NCBI RefSeq assembly: GCF_963921235.1
Contig: NC_086101.1
Span: 151,466,001-151,530,000 of the forward strand
DNA: 64,000 nt
Reading direction: 5' to 3'
Origin: Mobula hypostoma
Taxonomy: Eukaryota
Shown piece after piece: positions 1-10,505 of this stretch. The notes under the pieces were generated by a model. The model saw only the letters and a list, made by a program, of their open reading frames with translations. It ran no database searches and had not been told where the DNA came from. The position numbers were made by a program, and so were the translations under genes. The stretch's first letter is position 1, and every line of letters begins with the position of its first letter.

Positions 1-1127
1 TGCAAAGATCACCTCCAGAGGCTCAGCAATCTCCTCCCTCACTTCCCACAGCAGCCTGGGGTATATCTTATCCAGTCCTGGCGACTTATCTGACTTAATA
101 CCTTTCAAAAGCAGCAGCACATCCTATTTCTTACCCATTTCAGTCTGCTGTAAGTCATCCCCACAATTGCCAAGGTCTTTTTCACTGGTGACTACTGAAG
201 CAAAGTATTCATTAAGTACCCCTGCTACCTCCTCTGGCTCCATGCACACGTTTCCACTATCGCTCCTGATTGGTCCTTTTCTCACACAGCTCACCCTCTT
301 GCTCTTCACATACTTGTAGAATGCCTTGGGGTTTTCCTTAATCCTGCTCGCTAAGGCCTTCTCCTGGCCCCTTCTAGCTTTCTTAAATTCATTCTTGAGC
401 TCCTTCCTGGCACCCTTGTAATTTTCTAGAGCTCTAACAGTACTTAAATTTCTTGAACCTTTCATAAACTTTTCTTCTTAACTAGCTTTTCTACATCCTT
501 TGTACACCATGGTTCTTTTACACTACCATCCTTTCCCTCCCTTAATGGAACATACCTATGCAGAATGCCATACAAATGTTCCCTGAACATTTGCCACATT
601 TCTGCCGTGCATTTCCCTAAGAACATCTGCTTCCAATTTATGTTCCCAAGTTCCTGCCTAATAGCATCATATTTCCCTCTACTCCACTTAAATGTTTTCC
701 CAAATTGTCTGCTCCAATCCCTCTCCAGCATTATGGTAAAAGAGATAGAGTTGTGATCACTAACTCCAAAATGATTTCCCACTGAGAGATCTGACACCTG
801 ACCAGGTTCATTTCCCAATACAGCCTCTCCTCTAGTTGGCTTATCTACATATTATGTCAGGAAACCTTCCTGAACACACCTAACTCCACCCCATCTGAGC
901 CCCTTGCTGTAATGAGATGTCAGTCAATATTAGGAAAGTTAAAATTACCCATCACAACAATTCTATTATTATTGCACCATTCCAGACTCTGCCTCCCTAT
1001 CTGCTCCTTAATGTCTCTGTTACTATTGGGGAGGGGGGGGTCTATAAAAAGCACCCAGTAAAGTTATGCCCTTTCCCATTTCTGACTTCCAACCACAATG
1101 ACTCCGTAAGCAATCCCTCCATGACTT

Positions 1128-1266
1128 AGACCCTCCTGACGAAGGGTCTCGGCCTGAAACGTCGACTGCGCCTCTTCCTATAGATGCTGCTTGGCCTGCT
1201 GCGTTCACCAGCAACTTTGATGTATGTTGCTTGAATTTCCAGCATCTGCAGAATTCCTGTTGTTTG
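1128..1266 (+). mobile_element. Short PLE 3'-repeat (pLTR) insertion carrying a hammerhead core, 12-bp TSD
   Basis: cctccatgactt is duplicated at 1116-1127 and 1267-1278. The insert is near-identical to the reverse complement of the 3' end of the PLE at 62814-62947. Confidence 0.9.
1134..1167 (+). ncRNA. Minimal type-I hammerhead ribozyme core (stem I 5' strand truncated)
   Basis: tc-CTGACGA-a-gggtctcggcct-GAAA-cGTC-gact. Confidence 0.7.
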
Positions 1267-1429
1267 CCTCCATGACTTCTTCCTTTTCTGCAGCCGTGAT
1301 ACTATCCCTGATAAGCAAAGCCATTCCCTGTCCTTTTTGAAACATCTAAAGCCCAGCGCACTCAGCAGCCATTCCTGCCCCTGAAACATCCAAGTCTCTG
1401 TAATAGCCACAACATCATAATGCCGCATC

Positions 1430-2033
1430 CGAGGGGTGATTGATAAGTTCATGGCCTAAGGTAAAAGGAGTCAATTTTAGAAAACCTAGCACGTTTATTT
1501 TTCAACATAGTCCACACTTACATGTACACACTTAGTCCAGTGGTCATGGAGCATACGTATCCCTTCTTTGTAGGAGTGGTCCACAGTAGGGGTGATTGAT
1601 AAATTTGTGGCCTAGGGTAGAAGGAGATGAGTTATTAACTTCAAACTTTCTGCATTATCACTCAAAGAGTTGAACTGCATGTGCATTTAACGAGAACGTC
1701 TTGGACCTCCAGGTGGTCCACAGCAGAGGTGATTGATAAGTTCGTGGCCTTAGGTGGAAGATGATGAGTTATACAGCTCTTGTTACACGCTCATGCAGTT
1801 CAACTCTTTGACTGAAAATGCAGAAAGTTTGAAGTTAATAACTTATCTCCTTCTACCTTAGGCCACAAACTTATCAATCACCTCTGCTGTGGACCACTTC
1901 TGGAGGTCCAAGGCACCAACTTCTACAAAGAAGGGATCCGTATGCCCCACAACTGCTGGACTAAGTGTGTAAATGTAGGAAAAATAAATTGACTCCTTCT
2001 ACCTTCGGCCACAAACTTATCAATCACCCCTCA
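1430..2033. mobile_element. Palindromic mariner-derived non-autonomous element (MITE)
   Basis: TIR cgaggggtgattgataagtt...aacttatcaatcacccctca followed by TA. Both arms carry the mariner transposase C-terminus (FYKEGIRM..WTKCVNVG at 1921-1980, inverted copy at about 1505-1572). Confidence 0.85.
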
Positions 2034-2129
2034 TATTGATTCACACTCTAAGTTCATCTGCCTTGCATGAGTTGTGGATTTAGAGGCCTTCAGTGTCTTC
2101 CAACATTGACTCAACTGACGTTGAAAGCT

Positions 2130-2335
2130 TTAAAGTTGAATTTATTGTCATATGAATGAGTATGTGTATGCACAGCTGTAATGAAAGACTTATTTATAGC
2201 AGTATCACAGGCACATAGATTCAGATTAGATGCATTCACAAGAAAAACATAAATATAAATTATACACAACTTTTACTAGAACAAGTACAATTAAAACAAA
2301 GCAAAAACAGAGCCCATGATAGTGCAAAGTGTACC
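2130..2335 (-). mobile_element. Rex1/Babar-like LINE 3' tail remnant
   Basis: Resembles the 3' UTR/tail (gacaataaa plus short-unit tail) of other Rex1 copies in the window. Confidence 0.5.
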
Positions 2336-3139
2336 ATTTGCATTAAATTGTTAAGTGTTTAAGCTTAAAAGGAAGGTTAATACACAAGGGCAAGGGGTTA
2401 GAATGTATCTTTGGACATACAGTATCTCCAATGCCTAGCTGTTCAAGCTTGCTGCAAACTCTTTTTCTCATAAACCACTGGAGTAGCTGCCTTTTTTTTA
2501 TATTGGATAACGATGTGTAGTTTTGATGATAAGGTCACCTCCATAGATAGAGCTCATGGTGTAAGAGCACTAGTTTCTTCTGGAACCAGAGGGAACTCTT
2601 TTCCATTTGAGCACAATTTTCAAGAAGATGCACATGTAAGATCCACAGCTCTTTGTATTGTAGTAATTTCGAGAAGTGCACAGGGGAGGCATATGTACTT
2701 AAAATGCAAGTCTTATAACAATATCTCTCAGAGAAGTGGCTTGCAATTGGAAATGCTGCTACATGTGGTAGGGCTCAATTAGCTGGCTTTGTGATAAGAA
2801 TGGCTGGAGGAGTGGGCACTCTATACCCCCAAAAGGACAACAGGATACTATGTGAGCAGAGGTGGAGCTTGACTTTTCCCATCACCACCCCCACCTACCA
2901 CAAAAAAAACTGAAGGTCTTAGCTTAAAAATATAAATTAGTCCAGTCCGTTACAGAAGAATTCATAATTGTCGTTGGTGACAGATTCTCTTATAGCAGAT
3001 TAGGTAAGGACTGCAGCCTTGAAGAGTACACAGCTTTGATGCCTTTCTGCCCAATCATGTCTACATGTTGAAATAGCAACATCAAGCTTGCATTGCATCC
3101 TAGTAGATATTACTACTGAATTTAATATTTCATTTATGA

Positions 3140-3555
3140 GGTACACTGGATAGGTTGGGTTAGTTTCCTTCGAGTGGGCAATGCTGAGGGAAGACCTGAT
3201 AGAGGTAGAAAAAAAGATGGGGGAGGGACAAAGATAGGATAAATAGTGAGTAAATTTTCCCTTAGCAGTTTAAAACTGAGGGGAATAGATTTAAGGTGAG
3301 GAGAATGAAGTTTGACTGGATATGGAGATGTTTTTCACCCAGAGGATAGTTGCAGTTTGGAAAACACTGCAGCAGAAGGTGATGAGGCAGGTAATCTCAC
3401 AGTATTTAATAAATAGCTGGATTAGGACTTGAATTGTCAAAGCATGGAAGCCTATTGACCAAGTGCTGATAAATGGAATTCACATAAAGGATATTCGATG
3501 GTTGGCATGGATTTGATGGACAAAAGGACCCGCTTTTGTTTGGTATGAATTTCTG
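3140..3555 (+). mobile_element. Old CR1 3' end
   Basis: Degenerate match to the CR1 ORF2 C-terminus and 3' UTR (gacctgatagaggt; ttttcacccagagg; atggacaaaagg). Confidence 0.7.
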
Positions 3556-5384
3556 AATATACAATTTCATTCTTCATAATTCCATGATTTTTGATCAGTA
3601 TTTTTGGGCAACCCTTCTCTTCAGTTCTGTTCATTTCTCTGTGGCAGCAGAGATGCTTGAGAGTACTATAATAGGGAGGTAAACTCACATATATTAAACT
3701 GTTAGAAATTAATATTTCAGTAATTTTTTAGTTGTGAACATTTTTACATCAATACATTGAGATTTCACAACATCACAGCTGTATGCTAGAGAATTCCTTC
3801 TATAGTATAAACTAATAAAAAAACGCAATATTTGACCCACAGCTGAAGCACAAAGCAGTTACATCACTGTTTCCTTGGGGATAACATGAATACAGATGGG
3901 GGATGGGGAAAACAAATGTTTCCTGTTACATGAGAGCGAGGATTATAGTGTCTACAATGTGAATATTATTACACAAAACATGGGGTTTATCTGCGGCATG
4001 ATATTAAAGAAAATAAGAATTTGAAGTTTTCCTCAGGAGTAAATGAACTGTTTTATTATGAAAACAGACCAGAATTCTGTCTATATTCTCCTCACCACTA
4101 AATATTTCGAATCAATCTAAGACTACTCAACAAAAAAATGATGAAGATTCAAAATCACTGGCCATTGTGAGAGCACATGTTCCTTATTTCTTTCCACTTA
4201 GCAGTCAAATATGAGCCCAGACTAGTGGCATGAGAACAAAGTGTGTAGTTCACTCCATTTGGTCTTTTTCATAATTGCCTTGCTGCTGGTTTAAATTAAT
4301 TTTGTTGGTTTGGATATCTGCCATATTGTTGTAATTTTTAATAATAACCTCCTTTGTAGTTTTTTTGACAGTTATAAAATGAAGAATACTAAATTACCAT
4401 TAACATAAATGTAGGGTGTATTCCTCTTTTGCTGTATCGTGTTGGGGCGCAGAAATCATGTTTACTTTTCACTAACAATACAAGTCACATACTGATTTCA
4501 TTAGTCATCATACCCACACTATTAAGCAAATCCTGCTCAAAATCTGTGCAAGCTGCTTGCAAATTTTCATAGACTTGGAACAGCCTACTATATCACAGTT
4601 TCATCATCTATGCTTTTGCCAGTTTGAAGACAATTTATGCTGAATAAGTGACATTAAACAAGCAATTAGAATGAAGAATAGTGTGGCTGCACCATTTACA
4701 GTTGGTATAAAGAGATTCTTTCTGCAGCTGAAGCTTTTGGAAATGTATCACAAACACTGGCACTTAATCAAGCAGTTATGCCATTTCTTTTCAGACTCTT
4801 AGTTTTACAAATCTGGAGAAAATTCCTCACATATGCACAAAACCAGTAAGTTCTCACAGGGTGTGGAAGACTGACTTTCAGCAGAAGTGTGAGGAAAGTG
4901 CTGTGGTGAAATTACCATTTCAAATCAAAATCATCTGGAACACTTTCCTTGTTGGGTCAACACTTACACTTTCTCAGCAGTGTAATTCGTCATTTATATG
5001 AGTGCAGCCAAATTATGATGTGACAGTGTCTTTTTCCAAAACTTTATAATTCAGTTTGAATAGAACAAAGATCTATGGATTAAGAAATGTAGTTAGCCTA
5101 TTATGTAGATTATTATCTATTAATAAATAGTCAGGAGAACTGCATTGTGTGAAAATTAACAAAATATGTCAGGACTGTAAGTAACTTTCCAGAACAGTTC
5201 TTTGATAAAGTGAGGATCAATGATAACAGCCATTTCTGATGAGAGGTCAAAAACCATTCTGAGTAGTCACAGATATTTCAGCTGGGACTCCATCAACATG
5301 AGGATGAACAAGTAAAATCCTTTTTTAAAATCATTTTGAATGTTTCTGTGCTCTAAGATTATATTCCACATTGATTAACATTTT

Positions 5385-5900
5385 TATATTGATATTGGTT
5401 GACTGTGATCATGTGTGCACAGATAAGCTTCCATGCCTTCCAGATAGATCATCCTATACAATAACTATCTAGTGAAAAGAAAAAGAGAACACAAAACTTA
5501 ATGTTATAGTTAAAGAAAAAGTGCATTGCAGGTAGACAAATAAAGAGCAAGGACTACAACGAGGAAGATTGGCAGATCAAGAGTTCATCTTTTAGCATAT
5601 GAAATATCTTTTCAAGAGTCTGATAACAATGAGACAGAAATTGTCCTTTAGTTATGCTCTCAGGTTTTGGTATCTCCTGCCCCTTGGAAGATAGGAGAAA
5701 AGAGAATGGTTGTGTTAGGAGGGGTCCTTCTTCATGTTGGCTGCTTTCCCGAGTCAGCAAGAAGTGTTGACAGAGTGAACAGAGGGCAGGTCTATATAGG
5801 TAATGAATTGGGCTGCCTTCACAACTCTCTCCTATTTCCTGTGGTCTTCAACAAAGAAGTTAACAAACTACAGTGTTTTAGTGATCAACCATTTTAGCCT
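5385..5900 (-). mobile_element. Degenerate Rex1/Babar LINE 3' fragment
   Basis: Similar to the reverse complement of the Rex1 copies at 44345-45140 and 16700-17345. Confidence 0.55.
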
Positions 5901-6197
5901 GCTTCCTTGGTACACAAACTCCAACCCAATGTATAGTCTGACATCTCTAATGTAACCCCAAGCAGTCTGGAAGGCACCATGAGATTACAAGGTGAAAGAT
6001 TCAACCAATGTTTTGCTAATGACCAAGCTTATTATCATTCCACAATCTATGTAATCATGCAATAACTTGAGTCCCCTGGTAATTCTCCCATCCCTAAGTC
6101 AGTATGGCTTAGATTGCACAATTAGCTCAGATCCCAAACAGGATCATTGCTCCAATACAATGTGGTGGGATTGCTAAATTGCCATGGGAGTTTAGAT

Positions 6198-6276
6198 TGG
6201 GGGTTCCCAACCTAAGGTCCATGGACCCCTCGGTTAATGGTAGGGATCTATTGTATAAGAAAGGTTGGGGATCCTG
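6198..6276. mobile_element. Tiny hAT-like MITE (79 bp)
   Basis: Terminal inverted repeat ggggttcccaacct / aggttggggatcctg. 8-bp TSD gtttagat (6190-6197) / atttagat (6277-6284). Confidence 0.7.
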
Positions 6277-6319
6277 ATTTAGATTGTTGTAAAGTTTAAA
6301 ATCTCAAAGGATGACTGAA

Positions 6320-6540
6320 GAAGAGTAAGGAGATCTTTGGGAAAATATTCCTTCCCTAGGCACCCCACAAAAAATAAATCACTTAATCATTTATCCACCT
6401 GTTGGTTTTTTGCCTTTTCTGTATTCAAAATGGCCACTGTGCTTAATCACGTGCTGTTAGTACCACACAACTTCTTTATGATATCACCTATCACCTTCTA
6501 GCTAGTTTTCTTAAGGAGGTGCTATAATAATGCAGTCTCC
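6320..6540 (+). mobile_element. Ancient Deu-domain-type SINE remnant
   Basis: Recognised by eye as a degraded elasmobranch DeuSINE body and tail (gctata..aatgcagtc). Confidence 0.4.
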
Positions 6541-6718
6541 TTCAGGAATAATATGGCTTCCCTTGCCTGGCATAACTATGCCTATTTATCATCAGTGCAT
6601 CTATTTCTTATTAATTTCAGAATGCCCAAATTTTGTATTACTTCTGTATAGAAATGGATTAAACACCTTTTGAGATACAAGAGGAAAATATATGCTGTAA
6701 AAGAATTTTACTTTTTTA

Positions 6719-7265
6719 ATCGACGTTTCTTCAGGACTGGGAAGGAAGGGGGAAAATGCCTAAGTAAAAATGTTGGGGGAAAAGCAGGAAGACTAGCTGG
6801 AAGGTGATAGGTGAATCCAGGTGTGTGGGAAAGGTAGGAGAGGAGCGTGGACCATAGGAGAAAGAGAAGAAGGAGGGCCACCAGGGAGAGGTGACAAGCA
6901 GGTGAAGAGAAGAGGTATGAGGCCAGAGTGGGGAATAGATGAATAAGGAAGGGGGAGGGAAAAATTGCCAGAAGGTGAAATCGATGTACATGCCATCAGT
7001 TTAGAGGCTACCTAGACAGGATACAAAGTATTGCTTCTCCACCCCAAGGGTGTCTTCATCATGCCAAAAGAGGAGGTCATGGGCCGAATGCTGGAATGGG
7101 AATGGGGATAAGAATTAAACTGGCCAGAAGGAAATTATGCTTCTGGTGGATGGAGTGGAGGTGCTTGACAATGCAGTCCCCCAATTTACATTGGGTGTCA
7201 CCAGTGTAGGGGAAGCCACATCGAGAGCACTAAATACAATAAATGATCACAACAGATTTGCAAGT
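6719..7265 (-). mobile_element. PLE fragment (GIY-YIG region plus 3' UTR, hammerhead with stem II deleted)
   Basis: Homologous to 63000-63550. The reverse complement near 6719-6740 reads cagtcctgaagaaacgtcga. Confidence 0.8.
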
Positions 7266-7374
7266 ATGTTAGTTTCTTCAGATATGTTTTCGATTTTTAT
7301 ATGATTATTGGGGAATTTTAGAGTGACATTCTACCTTGCATTAGCAAACACATTTTGGAATTAAATTCTCAATA

Positions 7375-7975
7375 AAAGACTGTAAGATCTAAGAGAAGAA
7401 TTAGGCCATTTGGTCTATTGAGTCTGCTCTGCCATTATTGTTCAGCCAATAAGACCAGTATTATCAGATAGTAAAAAACAGGGGCATGGTGGATTTATTT
7501 TTCCCACTCGATCTCATTCTTCTGCTTTCTCCCTGTAACCTTTGACATTTGTAATAATAACCTATCAACCATTGCTTTAAATTCATTCAAAGACTTGGTC
7601 TCCACAGCCATCTGTGGCAATGAATTCCACAGTTTCACCACTCTCTGGCTAAAGAAATTCCTTCTCATCTTTGTTCTAGAGGCACATCCTTCTATTCTGA
7701 GGCTAGCCCTTTGGTCCTAGACTCTTCCACTACTGGATACATTTTCTCCATCTCCACTCTTTCTCGGTCTTTCAATGTTCGGAAGATGTCAATGAGATCG
7801 CCCCTCATCCTTCTAAACTCCAGAGACTAGAGGTCCAGAGCCATCACACACTCCTTTCATACCCGGGATCATTTTCATAAAAATCCTCTGGAGCTTTTCC
7901 AGCACTTGCACATCCCTCATTCGATATGTGCCCTGAAACTACTCACAGTACTCTAAATGTGGTCTGACCCGTGTC
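7375..7975 (-). mobile_element. CR1 3' end
   Basis: Reverse complement matches the CR1 ORF2 C-terminus and 3' UTR (compare 46900-47350). Confidence 0.85.
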
Positions 7976-8065
7976 TGGCATGTGGGAGGAAACTGGAGTT
8001 CCAGGGAGAAACTTGTGCAATGACAGGGAAACGTGCAAGCTATACATGTGGCACCTGAAGTCATT
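7976..8065 (-). mobile_element. V-domain SINE fragment (HE1-like)
   Basis: tgtgggaggaaactggag...gggaaacgtgcaagct is the reverse complement of the V-SINE core. Confidence 0.65.
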
Positions 8066-8479
8066 GACTCTGTTGGAAGATGCAAATGTGTTTAATTTAG
8101 CAATGAAATCATAAAGAATACAAATGCATGATGCCTGAAATCATGAAAAGTTAACAGTTGTTCGATTGCGGACTTCATAATTTAGCCTATGTTTGGTAGT
8201 TTCACTGCATTTAACATTTGAGATTGTTTTGAATTAGTACTGAATCATAAATGGTCCGTGCTATTTTTGAAAGCAGATTTCCAAAGGCACTGTACATAAC
8301 AATTGGAATAAGTACTGTATTATCAGAACAAGAATGTTTCATTATGTCTCATAATGTCTGGTAAGGCAGAACTGAGTCATTTTTTTTGGTTTCAAGTATT
8401 TGGAGTTTAATTGTTCAGCCAATAAGCTCATTATTGTCAGATGGTAGAAAACTGGGTCATAACGGATTTATTTTTTATT

Positions 8480-9225
8480 ATTGTTCATTGAGGGGATATG
8501 GATCTGCAGGCTAAGCGAGCATTTAATTGCCCATCTAAGGAAAAGAGTACAGTCAATGTTTCAGGCCGAGACCCTTCATCAGGAAGGACTAGTACTGCTG
8601 AAGGGTTTCGGTCCAAAATGTTGACTGTTTACTCTTTTCCATAGATGCTGCCTGGCCTCCTGAGTTCCTCCAGCATTTTGTGTGTGTTGCTTGGATTTCC
8701 AGCATCTGCAGATTTTCTCATATTTGTGATTTAATTGCCCATCCCTAGTTCCCATTGAGATGGTGGTTGTGAGTGCCTTCTTGAACTGTTGTAGTCCTTG
8801 GTGTGGGAGGGAGGGAGCTCCAGGATTTTGACCCAGTGACAGTGAAGAAATGGCAGTATGTTTCCAAGTCAGAATTATGCGTGACTTGGAGAACAGCTTC
8901 CACGTGGTAGTGGTCTCCTTGCTTTGCTGCTCTTGGCCTTCTATCTTGTTCAGTTCATGGGCTTGGAAGATGCTGTTTAGGTGAGTTTCTGTAGTGATTC
9001 CTGTAGTTGGTCCATACTGCTGACCACTACTGTGCATCAGTGGTGGAGTGAGTGAATAGTGTGGGTGGGGCACCTATCAAGTGTGCTGCTATGTCCTGGA
9101 TGGTGTCAATCTTCTTGAATGCTGTTGAAGCTGCACTCATCCAGGCAAGTAGAGAATATCCTCCTGACCTAAGCCTTGTAAATGGTGGACAGAATTTAGA
9201 GAGTTAGGAGGTGAGTTACTTACCA
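8480..9225 (-). mobile_element. Non-LTR retrotransposon 3' end (CR1/L2 group), hosting a PLE insert
   Basis: Minus-strand remnant of a QDIAAHLIGA..IHSLHH-type LINE C-terminus and tail gcatttaattgcccatc. A second degraded copy lies at about 43225-43460. Confidence 0.65.
8536..8728 (+). mobile_element. Short PLE pLTR insertion with head-to-head inverted hammerhead copy, 15-bp TSD
   Basis: atttaattgcccatc occurs at 8521-8535 and 8729-8743. 8536-8590 is an inverted copy of about 8591-8643. Confidence 0.9.
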
Positions 9226-9227
9226 AA

Positions 9228-9740
9228 TTAAGTTCAAGTTCAGGTTAAAGTTTATTGTCATTCAACTGTACACTTGTATTCAGATGAGCAAAACAATGTT
9301 GCTCAGAGACCAAGGTGCAAAACACAGTACATGTATCACCTACAGCACATAAAATAATATTACAGATTTTAAAAAAACTATTCTGTTGATGTACAAGTTG
9401 GCATACAGTTAAATATACAGCAGTACTACTGTTGCTGGTGCTGTGATAAATAATGTGTACTGGGTGGTAGCAGGCTGTCCCAAAGTCTCACAGACAGGGA
9501 AGAAGTTATTACCAAGCCTAGCAGTCCTTGTTCTCATACTGCAGTAGCTTCTGCCTGTTTGTAGGAAGTCAAAGAGATTGTGGGTCGAATGGGAGGAGTC
9601 CTGTCAATGCTGAGGGCTCTGCGAATGCAGTGCTTCTTGTGTATGTCCTGAATGGATGGGACTCCAGTGATTCTCTCAGCAGTCCTCACAATCCATTGCA
9701 GAGTATGGGAATATGCCTTGCAATTCCCATACCACATTAT
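9228..9740 (-). mobile_element. Rex1/Babar LINE 3' fragment
   Basis: ORF 9534-9737 WYGNCKA..LQWIVRTAERITG..PSIQDIH is Rex1-type. (aacttg)n-like tail at about 9228-9250. Confidence 0.8.
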
Positions 9741-10409
9741 TTACTGTGAAATTGCAATGTCCTTGTTAAGCTCATATCTGGATCAGAATTAACTAGGATT
9801 TTGGGATTGTCTTCAAAATAACATCAATGTAACATTGTCTGAACAAACCAAGGTAACTTTTTAAATATATATTACTCATAATATACTATATATGGTTCCG
9901 TTCAATATAAATGAAATGATCTGTTTGAAAAGGGAAATGTTTCATACAGATAATTCATAGTTAGGTTTCTGATATTTGAGTGTGATGTACAGCTTTTTAA
10001 TGCTGAACAATGTAATTGCTCTGAAATCCCAAAATAAATCCTTAGTTCAATTACAGATTATCCTGGCTATCTATCATTCTAGTTTGTTTCAACAGAATTG
10101 TTAAGAAAATGCAAGCTTGGTGCTGACGCACATTTATGCTCATGTGACAAACGGTTCATCTGTTTGTTTATAAAAGTGTTTAAACTGCGATGCAGAAATC
10201 TGATTATGACAGTGTGCAGGAAAGGAGAGGGAAAGTCTAATAGAATTGTCTGTGCTAATGCCACACCTTTATAATAGCCGGGTGTTGAAGGAAAATGTTG
10301 GCTTATCTGCTGATATTTCCCACCTAAACGCTAAGAATTTTTCAAAATCTGATTAAAGTCCCAAACTTGCTGACTGCTGTTTCTTCAGCCTGCTCCCAGC
10401 TCATCATTG

Positions 10410-10505
10410 ATTCAGCATGGGAATGAATTTTCATGCAACGAAAGTTTTAAAAAATATATATATATTTTAACTTTAATTGCATGAAAACTCATTCCCTTGC
10501 TGAAT
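10410..10505. repeat. Imperfect inverted repeat, hairpin of about 96 nt with AT-rich centre
   Basis: Left arm attcagcatgggaatgaattttcatgcaacgaaagtt versus reverse complement of right arm attcagcaagggaatgagttttcatgcaattaaagtt (33/37 identical). Confidence 0.85.

Larger units (their letters stand above)
1..2066 (-). mobile_element. CR1-clade LINE ORF2 fragment (endonuclease and linker), interrupted by a PLE short insert (1128-1266) and a mariner MITE (1430-2033)
   Basis: Minus ORFs contain YDVVAITETW, HFGVSDHNSISF and KENPKAFYKYVKSKR, typical of CR1 ORF2. CR1 sequence resumes after the MITE at about 2036. Confidence 0.9.

Noticed and set aside
1430-2033. Regularly recurring 40-bp repeats resembling a CRISPR array
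   Set aside because: The repeats occur in both orientations, are mariner TIRs, and the context is eukaryotic with no cas genes.
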